From Planctomycetota bacterium (GTDB taxonomy: Bacteria; Planctomycetota; UBA8108; SXIK01), in assembly GCA_965223845.1 (NCBI GenBank), contig CBDCXR010000004.1, positions 7,680,001-7,744,000 on the forward strand: a stretch of DNA of 64,000 nucleotides. The letters run 5' to 3'. The position numbers and the translations under genes were made by a program. The notes under the pieces were generated by a model. It was not told the origin of the DNA. It saw only the letters and a program-made list of their open reading frames with translations, and made no database searches. Below, in pieces: positions 49,242 to 58,745 of this stretch (positions are counted from its first letter, which is position 1; the number at the start of each line of letters is the position of its first letter).

Positions 49242-50900
49242 TCAACGATTCAGATTGTACTTGTTGATCTTGTTGTAGAGGCTCGTCTTCGGCACGGCGA
49301 GCTTCTTCGCGACGAGGCTCTTATTCCCTCGGCACTCGACGAGCGACGCGCGGATGATCTGCTCCTCGACCAGCTCGACGGCCTGTTTGAGAGTCAAGTC
49401 GACGAGATTCGTCTTCAACTCGGCGAGCGTCGTCTGCTCCGAGCCGCGGAGAAGAATGGTCTCGGAGAGCGCATCGACGCCGATCTCTCCGTCCGAGAGC
49501 GCATAGAGGCGCTTCACCTCGTTCTGGAGCTCGCGGATGTTTCCCGGCCAGTCGTATTCCTCGAGCTTTTCGAGGGCGCGCGAATCGATCTCTTTGTGGT
49601 CGCCGTGCTCTTCGTCGAGGACCTGGAGAAAGTGGCGGACGAGGTCCGGGACATCCTCGCGTCGTTCGCGGAGCGGCGGCAGCTTCAGGTTGATCACGTT
49701 CAGGCGGTAGTAGAGGTCCTCGCGGAAGTTCCCCTGCCGGACCTCTTCTTGCAGATCCTTGTTCGTCGCCGAGATGATGCGAACGTCGACGTCGATGAGC
49801 TCCTTGCCGCCGACTCGCCGGACGACGTTTTCCTGAAGGACTCGGAGGAGCTTTTTCTGCATCGTCGGGCTCATGTCGCCGACCTCGTCGAGAAAGAGCG
49901 TCCCTCCCGTCGCGAGCTCGAAGAGGCCCTTACTGTCTTTCGTGGCGCCGGTGAACGCGCCCTTCATGTAGCCGAAGAGCTCGCTCTCGAGCAGCGTTTC
50001 GGTGAGCGCGCCGCAGTTCTCCGAGATGAAGGGCTGGTCGCGGCGGGAGCTGTTTCGGTGAACGGCGTTCGCGATGAGCTCCTTCCCCGTTCCGCTTTCG
50101 CCGTTGATGAGAACGGGCGCGTTCGACGTCGCGATGCGATCGAGAATTTGAAAGATCTCGATCATGCGCGGGCTGTTCCCGACGATGATCGAATAGTCGC
50201 CGGCGAGGTCGCTCCGCTGCGCCTGCTTCCCGCGCCGCACCGGCGTCGGGACCTCGAGTGCGGTCGCGGTGGCGGTCGGGGGCTGTTCGCGGAGACGCGC
50301 GACGTCTCCCCAGAGGGAGCGGTTCTCGGCTTGCAGTCGGTCCTGGGCGAGCATCCCGGCGATCACGTCGCACTGAATGCGGACCACCCGGAGCCGATCC
50401 GGGTCGGTGTGGAGCTCGCGGAACCGGTTCTCGACCTGAATGACCGCGTCGACTCCGCGCGGTCCGACGATCGGGAGTGCGAGCAAATGCGGCTCGCGCT
50501 CCTTCGACGCCAAGTAGCCGCTTCGCACGACGGCGGCGGTGATCGCCGGGTCGATCTTTTTCTCCGGCTGCTGAACGCTTTCGCCGTCGACATCGATCGC
50601 GACGAGACAGTTCGCGGCTACCCGGCCGGTCGTCACCGCCTCCTCGCCGTTCGTCGCGAGCAAAAACGCCCGCTCCCCGCCGAGGAGCTGAAGGAGATCG
50701 AGAAGCAGCGATGCGACCGCCGGCGGCGCGTCGCCCTCAGCGGCGCGTTCGGACTCGGCATCGTCGGGTCGACGGAGGAGCGCGGAGGCGCGCATCGCGT
50801 GGTCGAGCATCGACGCGGGTCTTTCGAGGCCGGACCAGATATCGTTCCACTGCTGGTCCGGGGTGGTGACCGGCGTCGCTTTCGAGCTCTGTTCGTTCAC
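49242..50900 (-). CDS. sigma54-dependent Fis-family activator with GAF-like N-terminus
   Basis: GESGTGKE, ESELFGYMKGAFTGA, FLDEVGD, WPGNIREL and HTH; GTG 50900 with upstream GAGGAG. Confidence 0.92.
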   Translation of the reverse strand: MNEQSSKATPVTTPDQQWNDIWSGLERPASMLDHAMRASALLRRPDDAESERAAEGDAPPAVASLLLDLLQLLGGERAFLLATNGEEAVTTGRVAANCLVAIDVDGESVQQPEKKIDPAITAAVVRSGYLASKEREPHLLALPIVGPRGVDAVIQVENRFRELHTDPDRLRVVRIQCDVIAGMLAQDRLQAENRSLWGDVARLREQPPTATATALEVPTPVRRGKQAQRSDLAGDYSIIVGNSPRMIEIFQILDRIATSNAPVLINGESGTGKELIANAVHRNSSRRDQPFISENCGALTETLLESELFGYMKGAFTGATKDSKGLFELATGGTLFLDEVGDMSPTMQKKLLRVLQENVVRRVGGKELIDVDVRIISATNKDLQEEVRQGNFREDLYYRLNVINLKLPPLRERREDVPDLVRHFLQVLDEEHGDHKEIDSRALEKLEEYDWPGNIRELQNEVKRLYALSDGEIGVDALSETILLRGSEQTTLAELKTNLVDLTLKQAVELVEEQIIRASLVECRGNKSLVAKKLAVPKTSLYNKINKYNLNR

Positions 50901-51436
50901 GCGATTCTCTTCTCCTCGAAGTGCTCCCGCGCCCGCATGCGATGACGAGCGTCCTCCGATGGAATCGGTCGCCGACGCACTCTCTCTTCGCCGCGAGTCG
51001 AAAACGGAACCTCGGGCGCGAAGCGAGCGGTCGGGGTCCGGGCTCTCCGCCGGCGAACTCGACGCGCCGGAGCAGGGCGACGGGAGAACTGCCCGTTCGG
51101 AGGAGAAGAGTACCATCTCGGCCCCGAATCGGCCGGTCGGGCGGCTCGAGGGGGCGCTCGCCGCGTCTCCGGGCTTTTCCTTGCTCCGATGCCTCTGCGG
51201 AGGTAGAGCTCGAGGTTCCGGGACGGCGAAGAATCCTCGCTGCGCGAGGCGTGGAGGTGACGTCCGGTCGCCGCGCCGCGGCACCGCCGAACTCGAGTAA
51301 AGAGCCGAAACGATCCTTCCGATATCGAAGGAGCACCGCGCGCCTCGGATACGAACGTCTCACCTCACGAACCGTTCACTGCGGCGTCCGGGGTCGTCGC
51401 GCGCAACTTCCGAACCGAAGCTCGAGGACTCGAACC

Positions 51437-51895
51437 ATGGAACGAACGCTGATCATCCTCAAACCCGATGCCGTGGACCGGCGGCTCGCCGGCGAGATCC
51501 TCGGACGTTTCGAGCGGAAGGGACTGAGAATCGCCGCGATGAAACTCTCGCGCATCACGTCCGAGCTCGCCGCGCGGCACTACGAAGCGCATGTTTCGAA
51601 ACCCTTCTATCCCAGCCTCGAGCGCTTTATCACCGGCGGACCCGTCGTACTCCTCGTCCTCGAGGGCGAGCACGCGATCTCCGTCGCGCGAAAGCTCATG
51701 GGGAAGACGGCGGCCTACGATGCCGAGCCCGGGACGATCCGCGGCGAATTCGGGTTGTCGGGGCAGTTCAATCTCGTTCACGGATCGGACTCTCCCGAGT
51801 CCGCCACACGCGAGATCGGACTGTTCTTTTCGGCCGAAGAGATTCATTCGTACGAGACGTCCGACGCGGCCTGGTGCACGACGCCGTCCGACTGA
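51437..51895 (+). CDS. ndk: Nucleoside diphosphate kinase
   Basis: MERTLIILKPDAV, PGTIRG, NLVHGSDS. Confidence 0.97.
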   Translation: MERTLIILKPDAVDRRLAGEILGRFERKGLRIAAMKLSRITSELAARHYEAHVSKPFYPSLERFITGGPVVLLVLEGEHAISVARKLMGKTAAYDAEPGTIRGEFGLSGQFNLVHGSDSPESATREIGLFFSAEEIHSYETSDAAWCTTPSD

Positions 51896-51925
51896 GAACG
51901 AAGCGAGTCGATCGGGAGAGAACTC

Positions 51926-53344
51926 GTGACGATCGGCGCAGAGGAGTTGGCTGCGCTCGCTCGAGACGCGCTCGACCTCGCCGTTGGCGCGCGAGTCGAG
52001 AACGTTCACGTCTCTCCTGGTGACGTCGTCACGCTCACGCTCTATCAGCGCGGGCGCGGCAAGGGCTTCCTGCTCTTCTGCCTCGAGCCCGAGCTCCGCC
52101 GGTTTCATTTCGTCGCGCACCGACCCCCGGCGCTCGCGGAGGCGTCAGCAGCCGCGAAAACGCTGCGGCGCCATCTCGCTAGGCAACACATCGAGCGACT
52201 CGACTGGAACGAGCGCGGGCTCTGCCTCGAGTTCCCCGAAGGTCTCGGTCTGCGCGTCGATCTCCTTGCGAACTCGCCGCGTCTTCGCCTAGAGCGCGGT
52301 GGCGAAGCTCTCCTCGAGGTCGCCGCGGGCAAGCTCGGTCCGGGGGGCGGTGACGTCGCGGCCGCCGAGCGGACTCGCGCCGGTCTCGTACCGGCGTCGC
52401 ACGCGCGAGTCGCGGCGCGCTATGCGGACGTCGAGAAGGACGTTCACCTCGAGGCGGCGCGGCAGTCGCGTCTGCGCTCCCTCACCCGGGCGCGGCGCCG
52501 TCAGAGGCGGCTCGTCGACAACCTGCTCCGCGATCGCCAGCGAGTCGATACCGCGTCCGACGCTCTCCGCGAGGGCGAGTTGCTGAAGTCCGCGCTCGGA
52601 TCGCTGAAGCGCGGAATGACCGAGGTTGAGATTCCCGATTACTACGCCGAGGGGGCGCCGCTTCGGCGGATTCTCCTCGATCCGCGCCTTTCACCGATCG
52701 AGAACGTCGAGCGGCGGTTTCGCCGTTACAAGAAGCGCGAGCGCGCGCTGCCGATCATCGCGAAACGTCTCGCGCGTGCCGAAGACGGAGCGCGCGAGAT
52801 CGCTTCGCTCCGGGAGCGCGTGGCCGCGGCGGAGTCGATCGAGGAGCTCTCCGCTCTCGACGCGGCGATCTCGCGCTTCGCCCGGGAGAAAGGAGTCCGC
52901 CAGAAAGGCGCGGCTCGGACGGCGAGAGCCGGGCCTCGTCGCTTCGTCTCGGCCGATGGCATCGAGATCCTCGTCGGACGAAACGCCCGTGGGAACGACG
53001 AGCTGACGTTTCGCATCGCGCGAGGAAACGACCTCTTCCTTCACGCGAGCGGCGTCGTAGGCTCGCACGTTATCGTGCGCGCCCCCGTCGAGTCGGTCCC
53101 GCCGGAGACTCTCATCGACGCGGCGCATCTCGCCGTCTACTACAGCGGACCGCGGCGCGACCGCGTCGCAGCGGGCGGCGAGGTCGATTACACGTCCGTG
53201 AAGCACCTCCGGCGGGTGAAGGGCGGACCGCCCGGGCGGGTCCTCTTTACGGATCACCGCAGTCTTCGCGTCCGCTGGGAGCCCGAACGATTCGCGCGAC
53301 TGCGCGGCGAGGACGCCGATCCGCCGCGAGGCGAGTCCCGTTGA
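51926..53344 (+). CDS. NFACT/RqcH (FbpA-like) family protein
   Basis: Coiled-coil middle, LDPRLSPIEN, ILVGRNARGNDELT, FLHASGVVGSHVIV, AAHLAVYYS, VDYT. Confidence 0.88.
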   Translation: MTIGAEELAALARDALDLAVGARVENVHVSPGDVVTLTLYQRGRGKGFLLFCLEPELRRFHFVAHRPPALAEASAAAKTLRRHLARQHIERLDWNERGLCLEFPEGLGLRVDLLANSPRLRLERGGEALLEVAAGKLGPGGGDVAAAERTRAGLVPASHARVAARYADVEKDVHLEAARQSRLRSLTRARRRQRRLVDNLLRDRQRVDTASDALREGELLKSALGSLKRGMTEVEIPDYYAEGAPLRRILLDPRLSPIENVERRFRRYKKRERALPIIAKRLARAEDGAREIASLRERVAAAESIEELSALDAAISRFAREKGVRQKGAARTARAGPRRFVSADGIEILVGRNARGNDELTFRIARGNDLFLHASGVVGSHVIVRAPVESVPPETLIDAAHLAVYYSGPRRDRVAAGGEVDYTSVKHLRRVKGGPPGRVLFTDHRSLRVRWEPERFARLRGEDADPPRGESR

Positions 53345-53453
53345 TGGAGCGTGCGCTCGAAGCACCAGAGGAAGCGGGGGGCGCGAGGCGGCGGAACGCG
53401 TAAACACGGCCGGATTCTCGCGCTCGGAGTACGCGCCGCGCCCCGCTGTAACA

Positions 53454-53482
53454 TTGACCTGCCAACAGAGTTATGCTACGAT
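53454..53482 (+). promoter_or_regulatory. Putative sigma70 promoter TTGACC-N17-TACGAT with extended -10
   Basis: 17-nt spacer and TGn before the -10 box. Confidence 0.6.
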
Positions 53483-53600
53483 TAGAAGTCTCTTGAGCCC
53501 GCCGTCCGGCGCGGCTCCTCTCCGAGAGAAATCAGAAGAGTTCAGCCGAAGAGTACCGACGAGTATCGCCGTCGATACCACTGCCGACGAGGTTCCCGCT

Positions 53601-54308
53601 ATGTCTGCAGCGTGCCGTCCGTTCGTCCGGGTAGCTGCTTGTTCCGTGTTCAGCGTTCTCCTCTTTTCCTGCTCCGGCTCGGAGAAGCTCTCGGTCACCG
53701 AGAAGGCCCGCCGGATCACCGAGAAGCGCGCGGAGGCGAAAAACGCCTACGACGCGTACGTGAACTCCGACTACACCGATCTCGAATCGCTTCAGGCTTG
53801 CGCGGATGCCTACGTCGAGTCGACCAAGATCGCGCCCGGAAGCTGCAATCTCTGCTTCTACCACGCCGGTCGCGCGCTGCGGGCGGTTGGGAATCACTAC
53901 CGCACCCTGATTGCACAGCTCGATGAGGAGCGGCGGCGCGGCGGCGACGCGAGCGCCATAGAGAAAACGGTCGAGAGTTACCGGGAGCTCGTGCGCGAAA
54001 ACTACCGCGAATCGAATCGGATGTACCAGTCGTACTTCCGTCGCGAAGGCACCTACGCGCATCCCGACGCCCATCTCGACTCGGTCGACAACTTCGCCCA
54101 GCTCGGTGAGTACGATCGAGCGCTTTATCACCTCGGTGTGTTCGAGGAGATCATCGACGAGCGGAGCCAGCTCGGCGAGACGAATCGCACCGAGATCGCG
54201 CGGCTGCGTCGCACACTCGAGACGCGCCGGCGCGTCGCAGAGGATCGGCGCATCGAAGAGGAACTCTCGGAAACGGACCGAGACCACCGTCCGCGCTTCA
54301 GCAACTGA
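53601..54308 (+). CDS. Hypothetical helical (TPR-like) lipoprotein
   Basis: Lipobox-like LLFSC, internal CNLC and helical repeats. Confidence 0.7.
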   Translation: MSAACRPFVRVAACSVFSVLLFSCSGSEKLSVTEKARRITEKRAEAKNAYDAYVNSDYTDLESLQACADAYVESTKIAPGSCNLCFYHAGRALRAVGNHYRTLIAQLDEERRRGGDASAIEKTVESYRELVRENYRESNRMYQSYFRREGTYAHPDAHLDSVDNFAQLGEYDRALYHLGVFEEIIDERSQLGETNRTEIARLRRTLETRRRVAEDRRIEEELSETDRDHRPRFSN

Positions 54309-54723
54309 TCGCGTTTCGCAATCAGGGGCGGACAAAGCTGCCGAACGCATCGAGCCGTTTCCCGACGCGATGCGCGTTCCCATCGGGCGGCGGGGACGGA
54401 CCCGCTCCGATCGCGGCCCTCGCACGGGCCGGAAATGTGTGACGCCGCCGGAGCCGCAGCTTCCGCGCGAGGCCGGTACGGCCTTCCGCTCCTAAGCCGG
54501 TCTGGCGCGGTCCGTTTGGCGGTCCCTGAGGGCGATGCTATTCTTCGATACCCCGAAGGAAGCCGGCGGGTTCCGCCCGCGGATCGGCTCCTTTGGGACC
54601 GAGGTGCATCCTCTACTTCGGACGCATCGCCACTCGACCTTTCGAGGTCATCCCGCCTTCGCGGGCGACGATCCCCGTCGCCCGCTTCGCCCCAGCCCGC
54701 TACGGATACTCCGGACTCTGCCC

Positions 54724-55578
54724 ATGCCGGAAGCGATCGACATCAAGAGTGTCATCCAGGGTAGCACCTGCGATATGACCGTGGACTCCCTCACGAAGAA
54801 GGGAGTGAAGCAGGTCAAGGTCCTCAATCAGGCCACGATCACTCGATTGATCTCCGAAACGATCGACCAGGTGCTCGCGGAGCGTTCGGAGGACATCAGT
54901 GCGCGCGAGCGGCAGCGAGTCGCGGCGCAGGCGCAAGACCGGCTGCAAAACAGCATCGGCGATCTCGCTCGTCTCCGCGCGCAGGTGGCGCAACTGACGG
55001 AGTCGAACAAGGCCTACTCGGAGGAACACGACCGTCTCCGGACGCGCCTCCAGTCGCTCGTCGACGCCCAGGCCGAGCGCGACCAGCTCTCGCAGCAGCT
55101 CCAGTCGTCGCGCGAAGAGATTCTTCGGCTCCAGCGGTCTTCGGCGAGCGCGTCGGAGGCAGCGGTCGAGCTCGAATCCTCACGGCAGCGCGCGGCGCAG
55201 CTCGAAGGTCAGCTTACCGCGCTCACGCAGCAGCTCTCGCAGCTTCAATCGAGCGCCGGCTCGAGCCCGGAGCTCCAGCAGATTCTGGAATTGTTGAGCA
55301 CCAAGTCGGACGGCAGCGCGCAGGCCGGCGGCGACGTCCTATCGGCGCTCACGAAGCTCACCGAAAAGGTCGAGCGAATCACGGCCAGTGGTGGAAGCGG
55401 TGGAGCCGGCGGATTCGCGGATATCGCACCGCCGGATGAAACGGCTCTCGAGTTCCTCGTGAAGGGCGAGGGACCGGTCGAGAGCAATATCGACACCGTC
55501 GAAGTGAAGAAGAAGTCTGCGGGTGACGTTAAAGGCGCCCTCGCCAAACTGAAAAAGCTTCAACAAGGAGGAGAGTAA
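54724..55578 (+). CDS. Coiled-coil protein coupled to the actin-like gene
   Basis: Gln/Leu-rich heptads; C-terminal amphipathic helix DVKGALAKLKKLQ; its stop overlaps the next start (TAATG). Confidence 0.82.
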   Translation: MPEAIDIKSVIQGSTCDMTVDSLTKKGVKQVKVLNQATITRLISETIDQVLAERSEDISARERQRVAAQAQDRLQNSIGDLARLRAQVAQLTESNKAYSEEHDRLRTRLQSLVDAQAERDQLSQQLQSSREEILRLQRSSASASEAAVELESSRQRAAQLEGQLTALTQQLSQLQSSAGSSPELQQILELLSTKSDGSAQAGGDVLSALTKLTEKVERITASGGSGGAGGFADIAPPDETALEFLVKGEGPVESNIDTVEVKKKSAGDVKGALAKLKKLQQGGE

Positions 55579-56639
55579 TGTCACAAGGCACCGATGGCGG
55601 TTCCCAGGTAGCGGAGCCAGTCGCCGGGGGCGCGGCGGTGGGCGGCGGTCAGTTCGCTCCGGGTCGTGGCCTGGATGTCGGTACGGCCAACTTGGTCAGC
55701 AGCGTGCAGGATCATTCCGGCAACGTCACGATCAAGATCCAGCGGAACGCCTTTATCGACGTCAACGCGGACGACTACACGAAGAACATGCTCTCGAAGC
55801 TGAACGTGCAGTACGTCGTCATCGACGGTCGCATGATCGTCGTTGGTGACCCCGCGTTCGAGCTCGCGAACATCCTCAACAAGGAAACGCGGCGTCCGAT
55901 GAAGGACGGCGTGATCAGCCCCGCCGAAGCGGACGCGATGCCGGTCGAGAAGATCATCCTCGCGAATCTGCTCGGTGAGCCGAACTTTCCGAAGGAGAAG
56001 GTGTACTACTCGGTTCCGGCCGACCCGATCGACGCCGACTTCAACGTCGTCTATCACAAGGGCGTGTTCGGTGGGCTCCTGAAGAAGCTCGGATACGCAC
56101 CGAAGCCGCTCCAGGAAGGGCACGCGGTGGTTTTCTCCGAGCTCGCCGAAGACGATTTCACCGGAATCGGAATCTCCTGCGGCGGCGGAATGTTCAACAT
56201 CTGCGTCGCGTACAAGTCGATCCCCGCGCTCACCTTCTCGACGAGCAAGGGCGGCGACTGGATCGATCGCAATGTCGCGACCGTGCTCGGGATCAAGGCC
56301 TCCCGCGCGACGGCGATCAAGGAGCGCGGAGTCAATCTCCTCAGCCCGCGGAATCGCGAAGAGGAAGCGGTCGAGATCTACTACCGAAACCTGATCTCTT
56401 ACACGCTCGAGTCGATCAAGAAGCGCTTCGAGTCGTCCGAGGGCATGCCCTCGTTCCCCGAGCCGGTCGAGATCGTCTGCGCGGGCGGGACCTCGATGAT
56501 CGGTGGCTTCGTCGAGATCTTCCAGGACGAGTTCGAGTCGATCAACTTCCCGATCGAAGTGAAGGGAATCCGTCGCGCCGACGATCCCCTCTTCAGCGTC
56601 GCGAAGGGTTGCCTCGTCGCCGCCCTCTCGGACGTCTGA
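55578..56639 (+). CDS. Actin-fold ATPase resembling haloarchaeal volactin
   Basis: Phosphate-1 GLDVGTAN, RRPMKDGVIS, YSVPADPID, EGHAVVFSEL, GISCGGGMFN, GGDWID, adenosine AGGTS, PLFSVAKG; AGGAGG SD. Confidence 0.85.
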   Translation: MSQGTDGGSQVAEPVAGGAAVGGGQFAPGRGLDVGTANLVSSVQDHSGNVTIKIQRNAFIDVNADDYTKNMLSKLNVQYVVIDGRMIVVGDPAFELANILNKETRRPMKDGVISPAEADAMPVEKIILANLLGEPNFPKEKVYYSVPADPIDADFNVVYHKGVFGGLLKKLGYAPKPLQEGHAVVFSELAEDDFTGIGISCGGGMFNICVAYKSIPALTFSTSKGGDWIDRNVATVLGIKASRATAIKERGVNLLSPRNREEEAVEIYYRNLISYTLESIKKRFESSEGMPSFPEPVEIVCAGGTSMIGGFVEIFQDEFESINFPIEVKGIRRADDPLFSVAKGCLVAALSDV

Positions 56640-56686
56640 TCAGGCGCCGCCTCGGCTCCGACGAGCCGAGGGGAAGATGAACTCTG

Positions 56687-56731
56687 CCGCGAGCTCCCGA
56701 TGCCGAAAGCTTCCGGGGCTCGCGGTTTTTT
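56687..56731 (+). terminator. Intrinsic terminator of the actin operon
   Basis: Stem CCGCGAGCTCC...GGGGCTCGCGG followed by TTTTTT. Confidence 0.7.
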
Positions 56732-56826
56732 CTTGGTTCGTGGCCTCGAGTTCAGCCGCCGGCGAAGCCGCGGACTTCACCGGATTCGGTGCGCGCAACG
56801 ACGACGCATCGATGCTCTGTTCCCGG

Positions 56827-57861
56827 TCACGACGTCGCGGTCGCATCGGGTGGGGACTGCGGCCGCCCGGAATCGACGCGCTCCGAAGTGCCTTCCGCAG
56901 CCTCCCTCTCCTCGTCTTCCGCCATCTTCCGAAGTGCGCGTCGAAAGCGAATCCGGTGTCGCACGATCGCTGCGACGGCGAGGATCGCGCTCACGGTCCA
57001 AAAGTTGAGGAGTCCGATGATCGACCACGGAAGCGAGCTCCGGGCGGCCAGCCAGTCGGCGAACGCGTCGTCGAGCTCACTCTCCGCGACTCCCGTCACG
57101 CGCGCGAGTCGGGCGTGCGAGTCGCCGCCGCGGACGCTCTCGACGAGTCGCGGAACGATTCCTTCACCGTGCCGCTCGACGAGGAACTCGATCCAGGCGT
57201 AGCTCTGAAGATACGCGAGCGAGCTCTGTCGGTGTGCGCGGGGAAACTCGTCGCGGAGCTTCTCGAGCGAGTAGATTCCGCCGACGCGCGCCGCGATTCC
57301 GAGATGGGATTCGTCGCTCGGCGACGGACGATGATCCGAGACCCACATCGCGAGGCCTTCGTCTAGCCAGCGAGGGATCTCTTCCGCGCCCTGATGGAGG
57401 ATGAGATGCGCGATCTCGTGACGGAGCGTCTCCGCGAACGGGCTGTACCTGAGAATCAGCCCACCGCGGAGAACGAGGGTCCTCAGTGACGGAACTGCGA
57501 CGCCCACGGCGCCTTCGGGAGGCGATCCACCGCGGGTGAGCTGACCCACGACGCGGCGAAACTCGGGGTCGTCCGGTGTGAGGACGACCCGGATCGGAGT
57601 CTCGAGCTCTCGACCCAGCCGGGTCCCGATCTCACCGGCCACGCGGGGCAGCGACTGGCTCAGTCGCTCGACTTCGCTCTCCGACCAGCCCGTCGCGTCG
57701 ATCGGGCCCACCGCCGACGCGGTCCGGGTGTACCCCTCGAGTGGGACTCCGCCGAGCTGAGCGACGAGCGCGACGATGGCGAGAGCAGAAGCGATCACCG
57801 CACGTGCCTCCGAGCTGATTCGAGTCGATCCAACGCCAACAGACCCCGCCGATGCTGTCAT
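56827..57861 (-). CDS. Peptidase MA-family metalloprotein with C-terminal TM
   Basis: LRHEIAH, PRWLDEGLA, AYLQS; N-terminal hydrophobic segment and C-terminal TM. Confidence 0.8.
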   Translation of the reverse strand: MTASAGSVGVGSTRISSEARAVIASALAIVALVAQLGGVPLEGYTRTASAVGPIDATGWSESEVERLSQSLPRVAGEIGTRLGRELETPIRVVLTPDDPEFRRVVGQLTRGGSPPEGAVGVAVPSLRTLVLRGGLILRYSPFAETLRHEIAHLILHQGAEEIPRWLDEGLAMWVSDHRPSPSDESHLGIAARVGGIYSLEKLRDEFPRAHRQSSLAYLQSYAWIEFLVERHGEGIVPRLVESVRGGDSHARLARVTGVAESELDDAFADWLAARSSLPWSIIGLLNFWTVSAILAVAAIVRHRIRFRRALRKMAEDEEREAAEGTSERVDSGRPQSPPDATATS

Positions 57862-57929
57862 TCTGACGCACGCAACTTGTTGTTCAACGTCCGGGTTCTA
57901 TAATCGGGCCTTCGACTGTCAGAATGGCT
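57855..57929. promoter_or_regulatory. Divergent promoter region with TATAAT and two TGTCA-N3-TGRC sites
   Basis: CTGTCATTCTGACG 57855-57868, TATAAT 57899-57904, CTGTCAGAATGGC 57916-57928. Confidence 0.55.
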
Positions 57930-58745
57930 GGCAAGCGAACTCGACGCGATGGGGGGCGACCATTGAGTGAGACCGTGGATACCCGCGGGAGCGGATCGAG
58001 CGACTGGGACTTCGACGTCGCCGCGATGGCCGGGAGCCTCGTCCACGAAATCAAGAATCCGCTGAGCACGATCGGGATCAACGCGCAGCTCCTCCTCGAG
58101 GAGTGGAAGGATGCCGAATCGACCCGCGAGCTTCGCGCGCGGAAGCGTCTCGAGATCATCTCGTCCGAAGTGCAGCGTCTCGAGGGCATCGTCGAGTCGT
58201 TCCTCCGCTTCACCGAGCGCCACGAGCTTCGGCGAGAGCCGACGAATCTGAACGATCTCGTCACGGATCTCGAAGAGGTGAGCGCATCGAAGGCGGCTCA
58301 GAGCGGCGTGACGACGCTTCTCGGGCTCGATCCCGATTTTGCGCTCGCCGACGTCGACCCCAGTCTCGTGCGTCAGGTCGTGCTCAACTTGATCTTGAAC
58401 GCGATTCACGCCATGGCGGAAAGCGGGGGAGAGTTGATCCTCCGCACGCGGGCGGTCACGCGCGACGGTACGCCGTGGTGCGTGGTCGATGTCGTCGACA
58501 CCGGCTGCGGCATGAGCGAGCGCGTCCGGGAGCGCGTCTTCGACCTCTATTACTCGACGCGACGCGACGGGAACGGACTCGGCCTCGCAACGTCGAAGCG
58601 CATCGTCGATGAGCACGGAGGGTGGATCGAAGTCTCGAGCGAAGAAGGGAAAGGGAGCCAGTTCAGCGTCTATCTTCCGGTCGCGCCGGCGGGCGCGGGA
58701 ACGCAGGATCCCGGCGCGGAGCCGAGCGAGACGGAGGCGAGCTGA
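57924..58745 (+). CDS. Cytoplasmic histidine kinase lacking a sensor domain
   Basis: HEIKNPL, NLILNAIHAM, DTGCGM, GNGLGL; only about 40 aa precede the H-box; start uncertain. Confidence 0.9.
   Translation: MAGKRTRRDGGRPLSETVDTRGSGSSDWDFDVAAMAGSLVHEIKNPLSTIGINAQLLLEEWKDAESTRELRARKRLEIISSEVQRLEGIVESFLRFTERHELRREPTNLNDLVTDLEEVSASKAAQSGVTTLLGLDPDFALADVDPSLVRQVVLNLILNAIHAMAESGGELILRTRAVTRDGTPWCVVDVVDTGCGMSERVRERVFDLYYSTRRDGNGLGLATSKRIVDEHGGWIEVSSEEGKGSQFSVYLPVAPAGAGTQDPGAEPSETEAS

Noticed and set aside
54493-54518. Sixth TAAG-N18-TTG copy upstream of the actin operon
   Set aside because: Off by one (TTTG) and GC-rich, so not counted.
55578-56639. Calling the actin mreB
   Set aside because: Lacks typical MreB motifs (IEEPMAAAIG, DIGGGT) and has no mreC/mreD neighbours.
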